From assembly GCA_903953055.1 (NCBI GenBank), contig CAJBIA010000114.1, positions 7,165-71,164 of the forward strand: 64,000 nt of DNA, written 5' to 3'. Below the pieces are notes generated by a model. That model saw only the letters and a list, made by a program, of their open reading frames with translations. It ran no database searches and was not told the DNA's origin. The DNA comes from an uncultured Methylophilaceae bacterium. Its GTDB lineage: Bacteria > Pseudomonadota > Gammaproteobacteria > Burkholderiales > Methylophilaceae. Positions 22,431 through 31,962 of the stretch are shown piece after piece (positions within the stretch are counted from its first letter, which is position 1; the number at the start of each line of letters is the position of its first letter). The position numbers were made by a program, and so were the translations under genes.

Positions 22431-23849
22431 GTGATTAAAAAAATCCTAGTCGCTAATCGCGGCGAAATTGCGGTTCGTATCGTTAGAGCATGTTCTGAAA
22501 TGGGCATTAAATCGGTTGCCATCTATTCTGACGCCGATCGTCATGCATTGCATGTAAAAAAAGCTGACGAGGCCTACAATATTGGCTCAGATCCTGTTGT
22601 AGGTTACTTAAATGCACACAATATCGTGAATTTGGCAGTAGCTTCTGGATGCGATGCGTTACATCCCGGGTATGGTTTCTTGTCGGAAAATCCAGAATTA
22701 GCAGAAATTTGTGCACGTCGCGACATTAAGTTTATCGGACCTGATGCCAGCGTCATCCGCCAAATGGGCGATAAAATTCAAGCGCGTAATGCGATGGTTT
22801 CAGCTGGTATTCCTTGCACGCCTGGAAGTGATGGTAATTTAGCTGATATAGACGAGGCTCGTATCTTAGCAGCTAAGATAGGTTACCCTGTGATGCTTAA
22901 GGCCACGAACGGCGGCGGTGGTAGAGGTATTAGACGATGTAACGATGAAAAAGAATTGCTTGGTAATTATGACCGAGTTATTTCAGAAGCAAGCAAAGCA
23001 TTTGGTAAGCCAGAAGTCTTTTTAGAAAAATGCGTTATCAACCCACGTCATATTGAAGTGCAGATTATTGGGGATAGCCATGGCAACGTGATTCATTTGT
23101 TTGAGCGAGACTGTTCTATTCAGAGGCGCAATCAAAAGTTGATTGAAATCGCCCCGTCACCTCAATTAAGTGATGCGCAACGCGAATATATAGGCAACTT
23201 AGCAGTTAAAGCCGCTAAAGCTGTTGGTTATGAAAACGCTGGTACCGTTGAATTCTTGTTGGATTCTGACAACACATTCTATTTTATGGAAATGAACACA
23301 CGCCTTCAGGTTGAGCATACCGTAACGGAAACGATTACTGGCATTGATATTGTCCAAGAACAGATTCGTATTGCAGATGGTAAAGAGCTTCAATATCAAC
23401 AGGATGAAGTAAAGTATCGTGGCTTTGCTATGGAATTCCGCATTAATGCAGAAGATCCTAAAAATGATTTTTTACCAAGTTTTGGTAAAATTACACGTTA
23501 CTATGCGCCTGGCGGACCCGGCGTCCGAATGGACGCAGCCATTTACAGTGGCTATGTTATCCCGCCTTACTATGATTCAATGTGCGCAAAATTAACCGTT
23601 TGGGCATTGGATTGGGATAGCGTAATTGAACGCGGTCGCAGAGCGCTAAATGACATGTTGGTTTATGGTGTAAAAACTACCATTCCATATTATCAAGAAA
23701 TTTTGAAACACCCCGACTTTAGAAGTGGCGAATTTGATACGAGCTTTGTAGAATCACATCCAGAGCTTAATAATTATGCTACTGTTTTTCCTCCTGAACT
23801 GTTTGCTGCAGCCATTTCTGCAGCAATTGCAGCGCATGAAGGTATTTAA
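22431..23849 (+). CDS. pycA: Pyruvate carboxylase subunit A (biotin carboxylase)
   Basis: ANRGEIA, HPGYGFLSEN, GGGGRG, RDCSIQRR, EMNTRLQVEH; C-terminal extension and adjacent pycB. Confidence 0.9.
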   Translation: MIKKILVANRGEIAVRIVRACSEMGIKSVAIYSDADRHALHVKKADEAYNIGSDPVVGYLNAHNIVNLAVASGCDALHPGYGFLSENPELAEICARRDIKFIGPDASVIRQMGDKIQARNAMVSAGIPCTPGSDGNLADIDEARILAAKIGYPVMLKATNGGGGRGIRRCNDEKELLGNYDRVISEASKAFGKPEVFLEKCVINPRHIEVQIIGDSHGNVIHLFERDCSIQRRNQKLIEIAPSPQLSDAQREYIGNLAVKAAKAVGYENAGTVEFLLDSDNTFYFMEMNTRLQVEHTVTETITGIDIVQEQIRIADGKELQYQQDEVKYRGFAMEFRINAEDPKNDFLPSFGKITRYYAPGGPGVRMDAAIYSGYVIPPYYDSMCAKLTVWALDWDSVIERGRRALNDMLVYGVKTTIPYYQEILKHPDFRSGEFDTSFVESHPELNNYATVFPPELFAAAISAAIAAHEGI

Positions 23850-23885
23850 AAAATCTCAATCAATATATAAAAATAAGTTAACTAT

Positions 23886-25730
23886 ATGGCACAAGTTCAT
23901 GTTTCTGAATTAGTTTTAAGGGATGGTCATCAGTCACTCATTGCGACACGTCTTCGCACTGACGATATGTTACCTATATGCGCTAAATTAGATGCGATTG
24001 GTTTCTGGTCGCTTGAGGCTTGGGGTGGCGCCACATTCGATACTTGCGTTCGATATCTAAAAGAAGATCCTTGGGAGCGCCTGAAGAAATTACGCAAAGC
24101 CCTTCCTAATAGCCGTATTCAAATGCTGTTAAGGGGGCAAAACTTGTTGGGCTATCGTCATTATTCAGATGATGTCGTTAGAGCTTTTGTAAAACAATCA
24201 GCTGAGTCTGGTGTAGATGTTTTCCGAGTGTTTGATGCTATGAACGACATACGTAATTTGCGTGTATCTATTGAAGCCGTTAAAAAACATGGCAAACATG
24301 CTGAAGGAACTATTTCCTACACCACGAGCCCTGTTCATGACATCAATTACTTTGTTGAGATGGCGAAACAACTCGAATCTATGGGTTCAGATACTATAGC
24401 CATTAAGGATATGGCGGGTTTACTTACACCACAAGTCACCAGTGACTTAGTTAACGCAATTAGATCAGCAGTTAAGCTACCTATTCACTTGCATAGCCAT
24501 GCAACATCAGGCTTGGCTAGTATGTGCCTACTAAAAGGCGTTGAAAATGGAGCAACGATTGTAGATACATGTAATTCGTCCTTTTCTGAGGGTGCAAGCC
24601 ATCCAACTACCGAAAGCCTAGTTGCTGCCCTCAAAGGCACGGAGTATGACACTGGGTTAAATCTGGCTGCACTACAAGAGGTAACTGCCTATTTCCGTGA
24701 AGTGCGAAGAAAATATTGGCAGTTTGAAAGTGAGTTCACAGGAGTGGATACGCGTGTTTTGGTTAATCAAGTTCCTGGTGGGATGATTTCCAACTTATCT
24801 AATCAACTTAAAGAGCAAGGAGCACTTAATCGCATGGATGAAGTGCTTGCTGAAATCCCGAGGGTTCGCGAAGATCTGGGCTTCCCTCCCCTCGTTACGC
24901 CAACATCTCAAATCGTTGGTACACAAGCTGTATTGAACGTTATGACCGGTGCTCGTTACAAATCTGTGACTAATGAAGTTAAAAATTATTTCCTTGGTCA
25001 ATATGGCAAAGCCCCTGCTCCAGTGAATATAGATATTAGAAACGTTGCCGTAGGTAGTGATGCAGAAGTGATCGTATGTCGTCCTGCGGATTTGCTTGAT
25101 GATGAAATGGAAAAATTACGTCAAGAATCTGAAGCATGGGCAATGACTGAGGAAGATGTTCTCACGTATGCAATGTTCCCCGATTTGGCTAAAACATTTC
25201 TGCAAGAGCGGAATGCTGACAGTTTAAAACCTGAGCAATTGCTAACAAAGGAAGCTGTATCAACGCATGATTCGAGATATGCCCCAAATGAATTTAAAGT
25301 GACGTTACATGGAGAAACCTTCCATATTAAATTAACAGGCAGCGGACATGCTGGAGAGGAACAGCGCCCCTTCTATGTTTCTGTAGATGGCATTGCTGAA
25401 GAAGTCATTGTTGAAACATTAAGTGAAATTGAAGTGGGTGGTGGCAAATCGAATGATAAGAAGAAGACTGCTGCAAAAGTTGGTGCCAGCGGACGTCCAC
25501 GACCATCGCATGAAGGCTGCGTAACAACAGCTATGCCTGGAAGCATAGTTGAGGTTAAGGTTAAAGCTGGGGACAAAGTGGCTGCCGGTGACGCAGTTCT
25601 TGTAATTGAGGCCATGAAAATGGAAAATGAAATTCAAGCCTCTGTCAGTGGTATTGTTGTTGCAGTTCATGTTAAAAAGGGTGACACAGTGACGCCTGAT
25701 GAATCGCTTTTAGAAATACAACCTGAGTAA
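23886..25730 (+). CDS. pycB: Pyruvate carboxylase subunit B (carboxyltransferase plus BCCP; OadA-like)
   Basis: LRDGHQSL, IKDMAG, HSH, VTPTSQ, biotinylation motif EAMKM. No oadB or oadG nearby, but a biotin carboxylase is adjacent. Confidence 0.9.
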   Translation: MAQVHVSELVLRDGHQSLIATRLRTDDMLPICAKLDAIGFWSLEAWGGATFDTCVRYLKEDPWERLKKLRKALPNSRIQMLLRGQNLLGYRHYSDDVVRAFVKQSAESGVDVFRVFDAMNDIRNLRVSIEAVKKHGKHAEGTISYTTSPVHDINYFVEMAKQLESMGSDTIAIKDMAGLLTPQVTSDLVNAIRSAVKLPIHLHSHATSGLASMCLLKGVENGATIVDTCNSSFSEGASHPTTESLVAALKGTEYDTGLNLAALQEVTAYFREVRRKYWQFESEFTGVDTRVLVNQVPGGMISNLSNQLKEQGALNRMDEVLAEIPRVREDLGFPPLVTPTSQIVGTQAVLNVMTGARYKSVTNEVKNYFLGQYGKAPAPVNIDIRNVAVGSDAEVIVCRPADLLDDEMEKLRQESEAWAMTEEDVLTYAMFPDLAKTFLQERNADSLKPEQLLTKEAVSTHDSRYAPNEFKVTLHGETFHIKLTGSGHAGEEQRPFYVSVDGIAEEVIVETLSEIEVGGGKSNDKKKTAAKVGASGRPRPSHEGCVTTAMPGSIVEVKVKAGDKVAAGDAVLVIEAMKMENEIQASVSGIVVAVHVKKGDTVTPDESLLEIQPE

Positions 25731-25754
25731 CTGAAGTTACTTCGGTCGAAAAAT

Positions 25755-25787
25755 AAAAGCCGACGGGATAGACTGTCGGCTTTTTTA
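25755..25787 (+). terminator. Intrinsic terminator after pycB
   Basis: AAAAGCCGACGG-loop-CTGTCGGC followed by TTTTTT. Confidence 0.85.
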
Positions 25788-25805
25788 TAAACCATGCCTA
25801 ATTAA

Positions 25806-26387
25806 ATGACAATAAAATTAATCTTAGCCTCATCATCTCCATATCGCCGAGCGTTGCTTGAGAGATTAGGTTTGTCCTTTGAGTCAATTTCTCCTGATAT
25901 TGATGAGTCGAGCTTGCTAAATGAAGAGCCAGAAGATACTGCGCTAAGACTTGCGCAGCAAAAAGCAAAAAAAATCGCTGAAATATACCCAAGCGCTCTC
26001 ATTATTGGATGCGACCAGGTAGCCACTCTCGCTGGCAAACATATAGGTAAGCCATTTACTCACGAAAATGCAGTAAAGCAATTGCAGGATCAACAAGGGC
26101 GATCTGTCATCTTTTATAGTGCTTTGTGCTTATACAATCCATCCCAAAATCGTATGCAGGCAGAGGTTGTCCCTTATGAGGTTAAATTTAGAGCTTTAAA
26201 TGATGCTCAGATAGAAAATTACCTTCGTATTGAAGAGCCCTATGACTGTGCTGGCAGCGCCAAATCTGAAGGGTTGGGAATCGCCCTCATCGAAACAATG
26301 ACCGGTAGCGATCCAAATGCATTAATTGGGTTGCCTCTCATTAAACTTATCAGCATGCTTAAAAATGAAAACATTGGTGTCATTTAA
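25806..26387 (+). CDS. maf: Maf family nucleotide pyrophosphatase (YceF subfamily)
   Basis: LILASSSPYR, IIGCDQV, DCAGSAKSEGLG. Confidence 0.93.
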   Translation: MTIKLILASSSPYRRALLERLGLSFESISPDIDESSLLNEEPEDTALRLAQQKAKKIAEIYPSALIIGCDQVATLAGKHIGKPFTHENAVKQLQDQQGRSVIFYSALCLYNPSQNRMQAEVVPYEVKFRALNDAQIENYLRIEEPYDCAGSAKSEGLGIALIETMTGSDPNALIGLPLIKLISMLKNENIGVI

Positions 26388-26415
26388 TGCAGGTTAATCA
26401 AAAAAGGTCGTGTAG

Positions 26416-27126
26416 ATGACTACAGGCACTCTATACATGATCCCAGTTGGCCTGGGAGATGAGAACCTAAGCATGGTGATCCCAGAAGACGTTATGCAAC
26501 TCGTTCGCGGCTTAGAGTACTTCGTTGTGGAAAATGAAAAAAGTGCTCGTCGTTTTTTAAGTGCAATAAAAACGAATAAGCCGGTGCGGGAACTTAATTT
26601 TCAATTACTCAATGAACATACGTTGGATAAAGATTTACCTGTGCTAATTGCACCTTTATTAGCCGGGAATAACATGGGAATGTTATCAGAAGCAGGATGT
26701 CCAGGAATCGCTGATCCTGGAGCCATTCTAGCCGAGTTAGCGCATAAAAAAGGTGCTCATGTTGCACCGCTGACTGGTCCTTCATCTATTTTACTGGGAT
26801 TAATGGCTTCGGGATTTAATGGGCAGCAATTTACGTTTCTAGGTTACCTGCCAAGTGATAAAACAGCGCGCATTGCAAAATTAAAAGACATCGAGAAGCA
26901 ATCACAGCGACTCAATCAAACGCAGATTTTTATTGAGACGCCATATCGTAATCAGCACATGTTAGAAGATGTTTTATCTAATTGCTCGGGTAATACTAGA
27001 TTATGTATTGCAAGAAATCTAAGTTTAGCAACAGAATTGGTCATTAGTAAAACAATTGCTGAATGGAAAAAAATTGACTTGCCTGATCTGCACAAGCAAC
27101 CCACAGTATTTTTATTGCTCGCTTAA
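26416..27126 (+). CDS. SAM-dependent tetrapyrrole methylase family protein (RsmI-like paralog)
   Basis: SEAGCPGIADPG, GPSSILLGLMASG, FIETPYRN. Confidence 0.85.
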   Translation: MTTGTLYMIPVGLGDENLSMVIPEDVMQLVRGLEYFVVENEKSARRFLSAIKTNKPVRELNFQLLNEHTLDKDLPVLIAPLLAGNNMGMLSEAGCPGIADPGAILAELAHKKGAHVAPLTGPSSILLGLMASGFNGQQFTFLGYLPSDKTARIAKLKDIEKQSQRLNQTQIFIETPYRNQHMLEDVLSNCSGNTRLCIARNLSLATELVISKTIAEWKKIDLPDLHKQPTVFLLLA

Positions 27127-27338
27127 ATTTTCTTTAGGAAACAAGTTTTTAACACTAAACCCTTAACCTTGTCTACGTTACATTCTACTTCTTCCGGATC
27201 TTCAGTTAGCCGAATATTCTTTGCCACAGAGCCCCGCTTTAAAGTAACCGAAGTACCTTTAACCTTTAGGTCTTTAATGATTTGCACTGAATCACCATCG
27301 TTTAAGGTGTTGCCATTGCTATCTTTAGTATCGCTCAT
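27123..27338 (-). CDS. PhnA/YjdM C-terminal domain-only protein
   Basis: KDSNGNTLNDGDSVQIIKDLKVKG...KNIRL...LKTCFLKK; no N-terminal Zn ribbon. Confidence 0.88.
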   Translation of the reverse strand: MSDTKDSNGNTLNDGDSVQIIKDLKVKGTSVTLKRGSVAKNIRLTEDPEEVECNVDKVKGLVLKTCFLKKI

Positions 27339-27349
27339 GAAGGTTCCTT

Positions 27350-27925
27350 TTATCTTAGATTAAGTAATTTTTTAATTGGGGCATAAGTCTTGCGATGGAT
27401 AGTCAATACCCCATGTTGTAAAAGCATTTGCATATGCAATGGTGTTGGGTAACCCTTGTGTTTTGCAAATCCATATTCAGGATACGCTTGGTCTAATTGA
27501 TACAATTCAGCATCTCTAGCTGTCTTTGCAAGAATAGATGCAGCAGAGATAGCGGGTTCCTTGCTATCTCCCTTAACAATTGCACGCATAGGAATATTTA
27601 ATTTAGGGCAATGAAGTCCATCCACGAGAACTTCAGTAGGGGTTACACCAAGCAAATTTACAGCTCGCTGCATCGCTAAAAGGCTGGCCTGTAAAATATT
27701 AATTTCATCAATCTCCTCTACGCTACTGCTTGCTATCGCCCAAGCCAAGGCTTTAGTCTTGATTTCTATAGCTAGCGCACCCCTTTTCTTTTCTGATAAC
27801 TTTTTAGAGTCTGCCAATCCTAAAATTGGTTTTGCTGGGTCTAAAATAACAGCTGCCGCAAATACAGCACCAGCTAGGGGGCCTCTTCCTGCTTCATCTA
27901 CGCCGCAAACTATGGGGTCAATCAT
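27350..27925 (-). CDS. rnhB: Ribonuclease HII
   Basis: [25 protein letters not shown]. Start at ATG 27925. Confidence 0.97.
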   Translation of the reverse strand: MIDPIVCGVDEAGRGPLAGAVFAAAVILDPAKPILGLADSKKLSEKKRGALAIEIKTKALAWAIASSSVEEIDEINILQASLLAMQRAVNLLGVTPTEVLVDGLHCPKLNIPMRAIVKGDSKEPAISAASILAKTARDAELYQLDQAYPEYGFAKHKGYPTPLHMQMLLQHGVLTIHRKTYAPIKKLLNLR

Positions 27926-29078
27926 GTAGATAGGCCAAAACAGCTTGTGCAGCCTTTTCTTCATTATTTTGGCGTAATAGCTGGTGTATACGTAAGAATT
28001 CACCGCTTATCTCATCTAGAACATTCTTATCATTCACGATATTCATGATGGTATTGGCTAGATTATCAGGATTAGCGTCATTTTGAAGGAGCTCAGGTAC
28101 AACAAAGCGCCCAGCTAAAATATTAGGCAAGCCAACGTAAGGAAGATAATTCATGCGTTTAAGGATTTGCCAGCTAAGCCAAGGCATACGGTAGGTAATC
28201 ACCATAGGACGCTTTAATAAAGCAGCTTCTAGCGTTGCTGTACCAGAGGCAACAACAACAATGTCTGCTGCCTGCATGGCCAAATAAGCATGACCAAATA
28301 ATATTTTGAAGTTTGGCGTAGGCCTATCAAGGCTTTTCTTATGAGCGGCATAAACTGCGTCTTCGAATATTATGCGCGTTTCGCGGCTAATAAGCGGAAC
28401 CAGGAATAATGCATCGGGCTGAATTTCGCAAATTTTTTGCGCTGTTTTTACATAAAGACTAGCAAGCTTTTTAACCTCGCCCACTCTACTTCCAGGCAAC
28501 ATTGCAATCATTAAGGGAGATTGAGGGAGTTTTAATTGATCTCTTGCGTCTTTTACGTCAGGCTCAATCGATATTTCATCGGCTAATGGATGGCCTACGT
28601 AACTAGCTTTCACCCCGGCCTCTTCATATAAAGCTTGCTCAAATGGGAATAAGGTCAACATATGATTTACTGCGCGCTTTATTTTCCCCATGCGACCTTT
28701 ACGCCAAGCCCAAATTGAAGGGCCAACATAATGGATTGTAGAAATCCCTTTTTCTTTAAGTTTTTTTTCTAATGCGAAATTAAAGTCTGGCGCGTCAATT
28801 CCAATAAAAACGTTAGGTGGATTTGCAATAAAATAATTGGCAAGCTGCTTTCGCATTTTGATTAGGCCTGGTATTGCTTTTAAGACATCAAACCCATAGC
28901 CATGCAACGAGAGTCTTTCCATTGAGTAAAGAGATTTCGCCCCTTCAGCCATCATCTTAGGCCCTGCAATACCAATAAACTCGATATCGGGACGTTGTTT
29001 TTTTAATGCGCGAATTAAGCGGCTTCCTAGCAAATCACCAGAAGCTTCTCCTGCAACAATACCGACTCTTAATGCCAC
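27918..29078 (-). CDS. lpxB: Lipid-A-disaccharide synthase
   Basis: AGEASGD, IDAPDFN, PGSR, SGTATLE. Confidence 0.97.
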   Translation of the reverse strand: MALRVGIVAGEASGDLLGSRLIRALKKQRPDIEFIGIAGPKMMAEGAKSLYSMERLSLHGYGFDVLKAIPGLIKMRKQLANYFIANPPNVFIGIDAPDFNFALEKKLKEKGISTIHYVGPSIWAWRKGRMGKIKRAVNHMLTLFPFEQALYEEAGVKASYVGHPLADEISIEPDVKDARDQLKLPQSPLMIAMLPGSRVGEVKKLASLYVKTAQKICEIQPDALFLVPLISRETRIIFEDAVYAAHKKSLDRPTPNFKILFGHAYLAMQAADIVVVASGTATLEAALLKRPMVITYRMPWLSWQILKRMNYLPYVGLPNILAGRFVVPELLQNDANPDNLANTIMNIVNDKNVLDEISGEFLRIHQLLRQNNEEKAAQAVLAYLHD

Positions 29079-29091
29079 GCGAGAGCCCTGG

Positions 29092-29874
29092 CTAGCGAAT
29101 AATGCCGCGTGTGGATTGCGCTAGAAACTCCACAAGAAGATTTAACTCAGGGGCAGCTAGCGCTTGTTCGCTAAGCGCTATTTTAGCTTCCTCTAGCGTT
29201 AGGCTTTGACGATATAAGATTTTATAGGCGCGCTTGATGTTCGAGATGCTTTCTGCTGAAAAGCCACGGCGTTTCAGGCCTTCGGAGTTGATTCCATGTG
29301 GATTGGCATCGTAACCAGATGCTGTAACATAAGGCGGGATATCTTTGAATACAACCGAGCCGACTGCTGTTATTACGTGCTCTCCAATTTTGCAGAACTG
29401 GTGAATTAAAGTAAATCCACCAAGGATTGCATGATCGTACAAATCCACATGGCCGGCTAATGAGGAATTGTTAGCGAGAATTGTATTGTTGTGAACATGG
29501 CAATCGTGAGCAATATGAACATAGGCCATAATCCAATTGTGATTGCCAATTTTAGTAACACCCTTATCTTGTGTTGTGCCGCGATTGAATGTACAGAATT
29601 CTCGAATAGTGTTGTAGTCGCCAATCTGTAATTTAGTCGGCTCACCTTGATATTTTTTATCTTGGGGCGCCTCCCCTAATGATGAGAACTGAAAGACTGT
29701 ATTGTGCTTACCAATAGCAGTATGTCCGTTGATGACTACATGTGGACCTATTGTAGTTCCAGTATCTATTTTGACATCTGGCCCTATGATCGAAAAAGCA
29801 CCAATTTTAACGTCATCAGCAAGTTCAGCTTTAGAATCAACAATTGCTGTTGGATGGATGTTTGTAGGCGCCAT
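29092..29874 (-). CDS. lpxA: UDP-GlcNAc O-acyltransferase
   Basis: IHPTA, PQDKKY, HIAHDC, HQF; hexapeptide repeats. Confidence 0.97.
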   Translation of the reverse strand: MAPTNIHPTAIVDSKAELADDVKIGAFSIIGPDVKIDTGTTIGPHVVINGHTAIGKHNTVFQFSSLGEAPQDKKYQGEPTKLQIGDYNTIREFCTFNRGTTQDKGVTKIGNHNWIMAYVHIAHDCHVHNNTILANNSSLAGHVDLYDHAILGGFTLIHQFCKIGEHVITAVGSVVFKDIPPYVTASGYDANPHGINSEGLKRRGFSAESISNIKRAYKILYRQSLTLEEAKIALSEQALAAPELNLLVEFLAQSTRGIIR

Positions 29875-29885
29875 ATCAGTAATGC

Positions 29886-30347
29886 TTATTCGAGTTCTTT
29901 AAGAATGCACATCATTTCAGCTTCAGCAACAACAGCATCATCAACCAATGCAACGCCTTTGTATTTCCAAATGCCTCGCAGAATCCGATCGATACTCACC
30001 TTAAGGATGATTTGATCTCCTGGGGATACTGGCTTTTTAAAACGAGCGTTATCAATGCCAGCAAAATAATAAACAGCGCTATCTGTTGGCTTGGCGCCCA
30101 TAGTTTTAAATGAAAGTATCGCTGCTGCCTGCGCCATTGCTTCAACGATCAATACGCCTGGCATCACTGGATGGTAAGGAAAATGTCCTGGAAAAAATGG
30201 CTCATTGATACTAACATTCTTAACTGCAACGATTTCCTTGCCCACTTCTAGGGATAACACACGATCTATCAATACAAACGGATAGCGATGGGGCAAATGA
30301 TCCAATATTTGATGGATATCCATGCTTGTATCTATGTTGTCGCCCAT
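29886..30347 (-). CDS. fabZ: 3-hydroxyacyl-ACP dehydratase
   Basis: [23 protein letters not shown]. Confidence 0.98.
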   Translation of the reverse strand: MGDNIDTSMDIHQILDHLPHRYPFVLIDRVLSLEVGKEIVAVKNVSINEPFFPGHFPYHPVMPGVLIVEAMAQAAAILSFKTMGAKPTDSAVYYFAGIDNARFKKPVSPGDQIILKVSIDRILRGIWKYKGVALVDDAVVAEAEMMCILKELE

Positions 30348-30370
30348 GATTTTGCCTTATCTTTTTAATA

Positions 30371-31399
30371 TTAATTTTTTGATTTTATTGCAGCCAGTTG
30401 CTTCTCTAGCAGTTTAAATTTCTCATTCAGGTCGGTTAAATGACGTAAATTTGCTGCAGTTTTTAACCAGTTCTCGTGCGTTTGGAATGGCATTAGCGCC
30501 GTGTATGTATCCGATTTTATAAGTGATCGCGTAATCATTGAGCCAGGTGATATGGTGATGTCATCAGCAATGTCTAAATGACCTAGAATCATTGCTGCAC
30601 CGCCTATTCTGCATCTTTTTCCTACTCTAGCACTTCCAGCTATGCCTACGCAGCCTGCTATTACAGTATGCTCACCAATTACACAGTTGTGGCCAATTTG
30701 AACAAGATTGTCTAGCTTCACACCATCTTCAATGATTGTGTTGTCTAGGGCCCCCCTGTCTATGGTTGTATTTGAGCCCACATCCACATTGTTCCCAATT
30801 ATTACACGGCCAACCTGAGGAATCTTTATCCAGATGTCCTCTTGGTTTGCATAACCAAAACCATCAGAACCCACGACGGCTCCAGCAGAAATATGGCAAT
30901 TATCTCCAATTTTAGTATCCGAATAAATGGTCACGTTCGGCTCTAATTGCGAAGACTTCCCTATCGATACATTATCCCCTACGTAGCACCCAGCACCAAT
31001 GATGACGCCATCATTTAAATTTACATTTTTACCAATAACAGCCATAGCGCCGATAGCGCAAGATTTTGATATGTTGGACTCATTATCCACTACAGCACTA
31101 GGATGTATGCCAGAGGGTGTCTTAATGATTGGGTTTAGTATTGCTGATACTTGGGCAAAGTAAGCATATGGATTATCAGTAACAATATGAGGTATGTCAC
31201 TAAAACCCTTATCCTCACTAGATAAAATTACGGCGCTGGCTTTCGATGCTCTAAGATTTTCACGATACTTACTTTCAGCAATGAAGGTGATGCTTCCAGC
31301 TTGAGCATTTGTAATTGACGAAACGCGCTCCACCTCAATATCGTTACCTATTAGTTCACCGCCTAGCGTTTCCGTTAGCGCTTTTAATGTGACACCCAT
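30371..31399 (-). CDS. lpxD: UDP-3-O-acylglucosamine N-acyltransferase
   Basis: GSDGFGY, TIDRG, DNLVQIGHN. Confidence 0.97.
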   Translation of the reverse strand: MGVTLKALTETLGGELIGNDIEVERVSSITNAQAGSITFIAESKYRENLRASKASAVILSSEDKGFSDIPHIVTDNPYAYFAQVSAILNPIIKTPSGIHPSAVVDNESNISKSCAIGAMAVIGKNVNLNDGVIIGAGCYVGDNVSIGKSSQLEPNVTIYSDTKIGDNCHISAGAVVGSDGFGYANQEDIWIKIPQVGRVIIGNNVDVGSNTTIDRGALDNTIIEDGVKLDNLVQIGHNCVIGEHTVIAGCVGIAGSARVGKRCRIGGAAMILGHLDIADDITISPGSMITRSLIKSDTYTALMPFQTHENWLKTAANLRHLTDLNEKFKLLEKQLAAIKSKN

Positions 31400-31427
31400 A
31401 GACTTAACCTAACTAATCTAAATCTGG

Positions 31428-31931
31428 TTATTTTTTACCTAATGATTTAAGCACTTTGTCTGTAATGTCAATTTTTTTATTGGCGTAAGCAACTCCACCG
31501 TATACTACCAAATCATAAGCTTCTGCTTCAGAAACTGCTGTAACAGCCTTATTAATTCTATCTTGTAGGGCACCAAGTTCTTCGTTTTTGCGAAGATTCA
31601 CATCTTCACGAAGCTCTCGCTGTTTACGTTGAAAATCAATTTTTAAGTTAGAAGCATCACGCTCCTTATTTTTTCTATCTGCTTCTGACATTGTGAGTGC
31701 ATCTTTGTCTATTGATGTTTCAATGTCTTTAATTTGTTTCTGCATGCGTTCAAGTTCTTGGCTACGAGGCGCGAATTCCTTTTCTAGCTTCTTGCCACTC
31801 TCAGCAGTTTGTGGGGCTTCCTGTAGGATTTTGTCAACTTGAACATAACCAATTTTTAGCTCTGCTGAATTGACGTTAACGGCAAATGAAAATAAGCTAA
31901 CTACCAATAAACGACTTAATAAGTTACTCAA
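31428..31931 (-). CDS. skp: Periplasmic chaperone Skp/OmpH
   Basis: Signal peptide, KIGYV, coiled coil, DITDKVLK; bamA-skp-lpxD synteny. Confidence 0.94.
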   Translation of the reverse strand: MSNLLSRLLVVSLFSFAVNVNSAELKIGYVQVDKILQEAPQTAESGKKLEKEFAPRSQELERMQKQIKDIETSIDKDALTMSEADRKNKERDASNLKIDFQRKQRELREDVNLRKNEELGALQDRINKAVTAVSEAEAYDLVVYGGVAYANKKIDITDKVLKSLGKK

Positions 31932-31962
31932 TTAAAATCTCCTAATATATTGTTAATATGAA

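Noticed and set aside
23886-25730. Na+-translocating oxaloacetate decarboxylase (oadA)
   Set aside because: No oadB or oadG is present, and the partner gene is a biotin carboxylase, which indicates pyruvate carboxylase.
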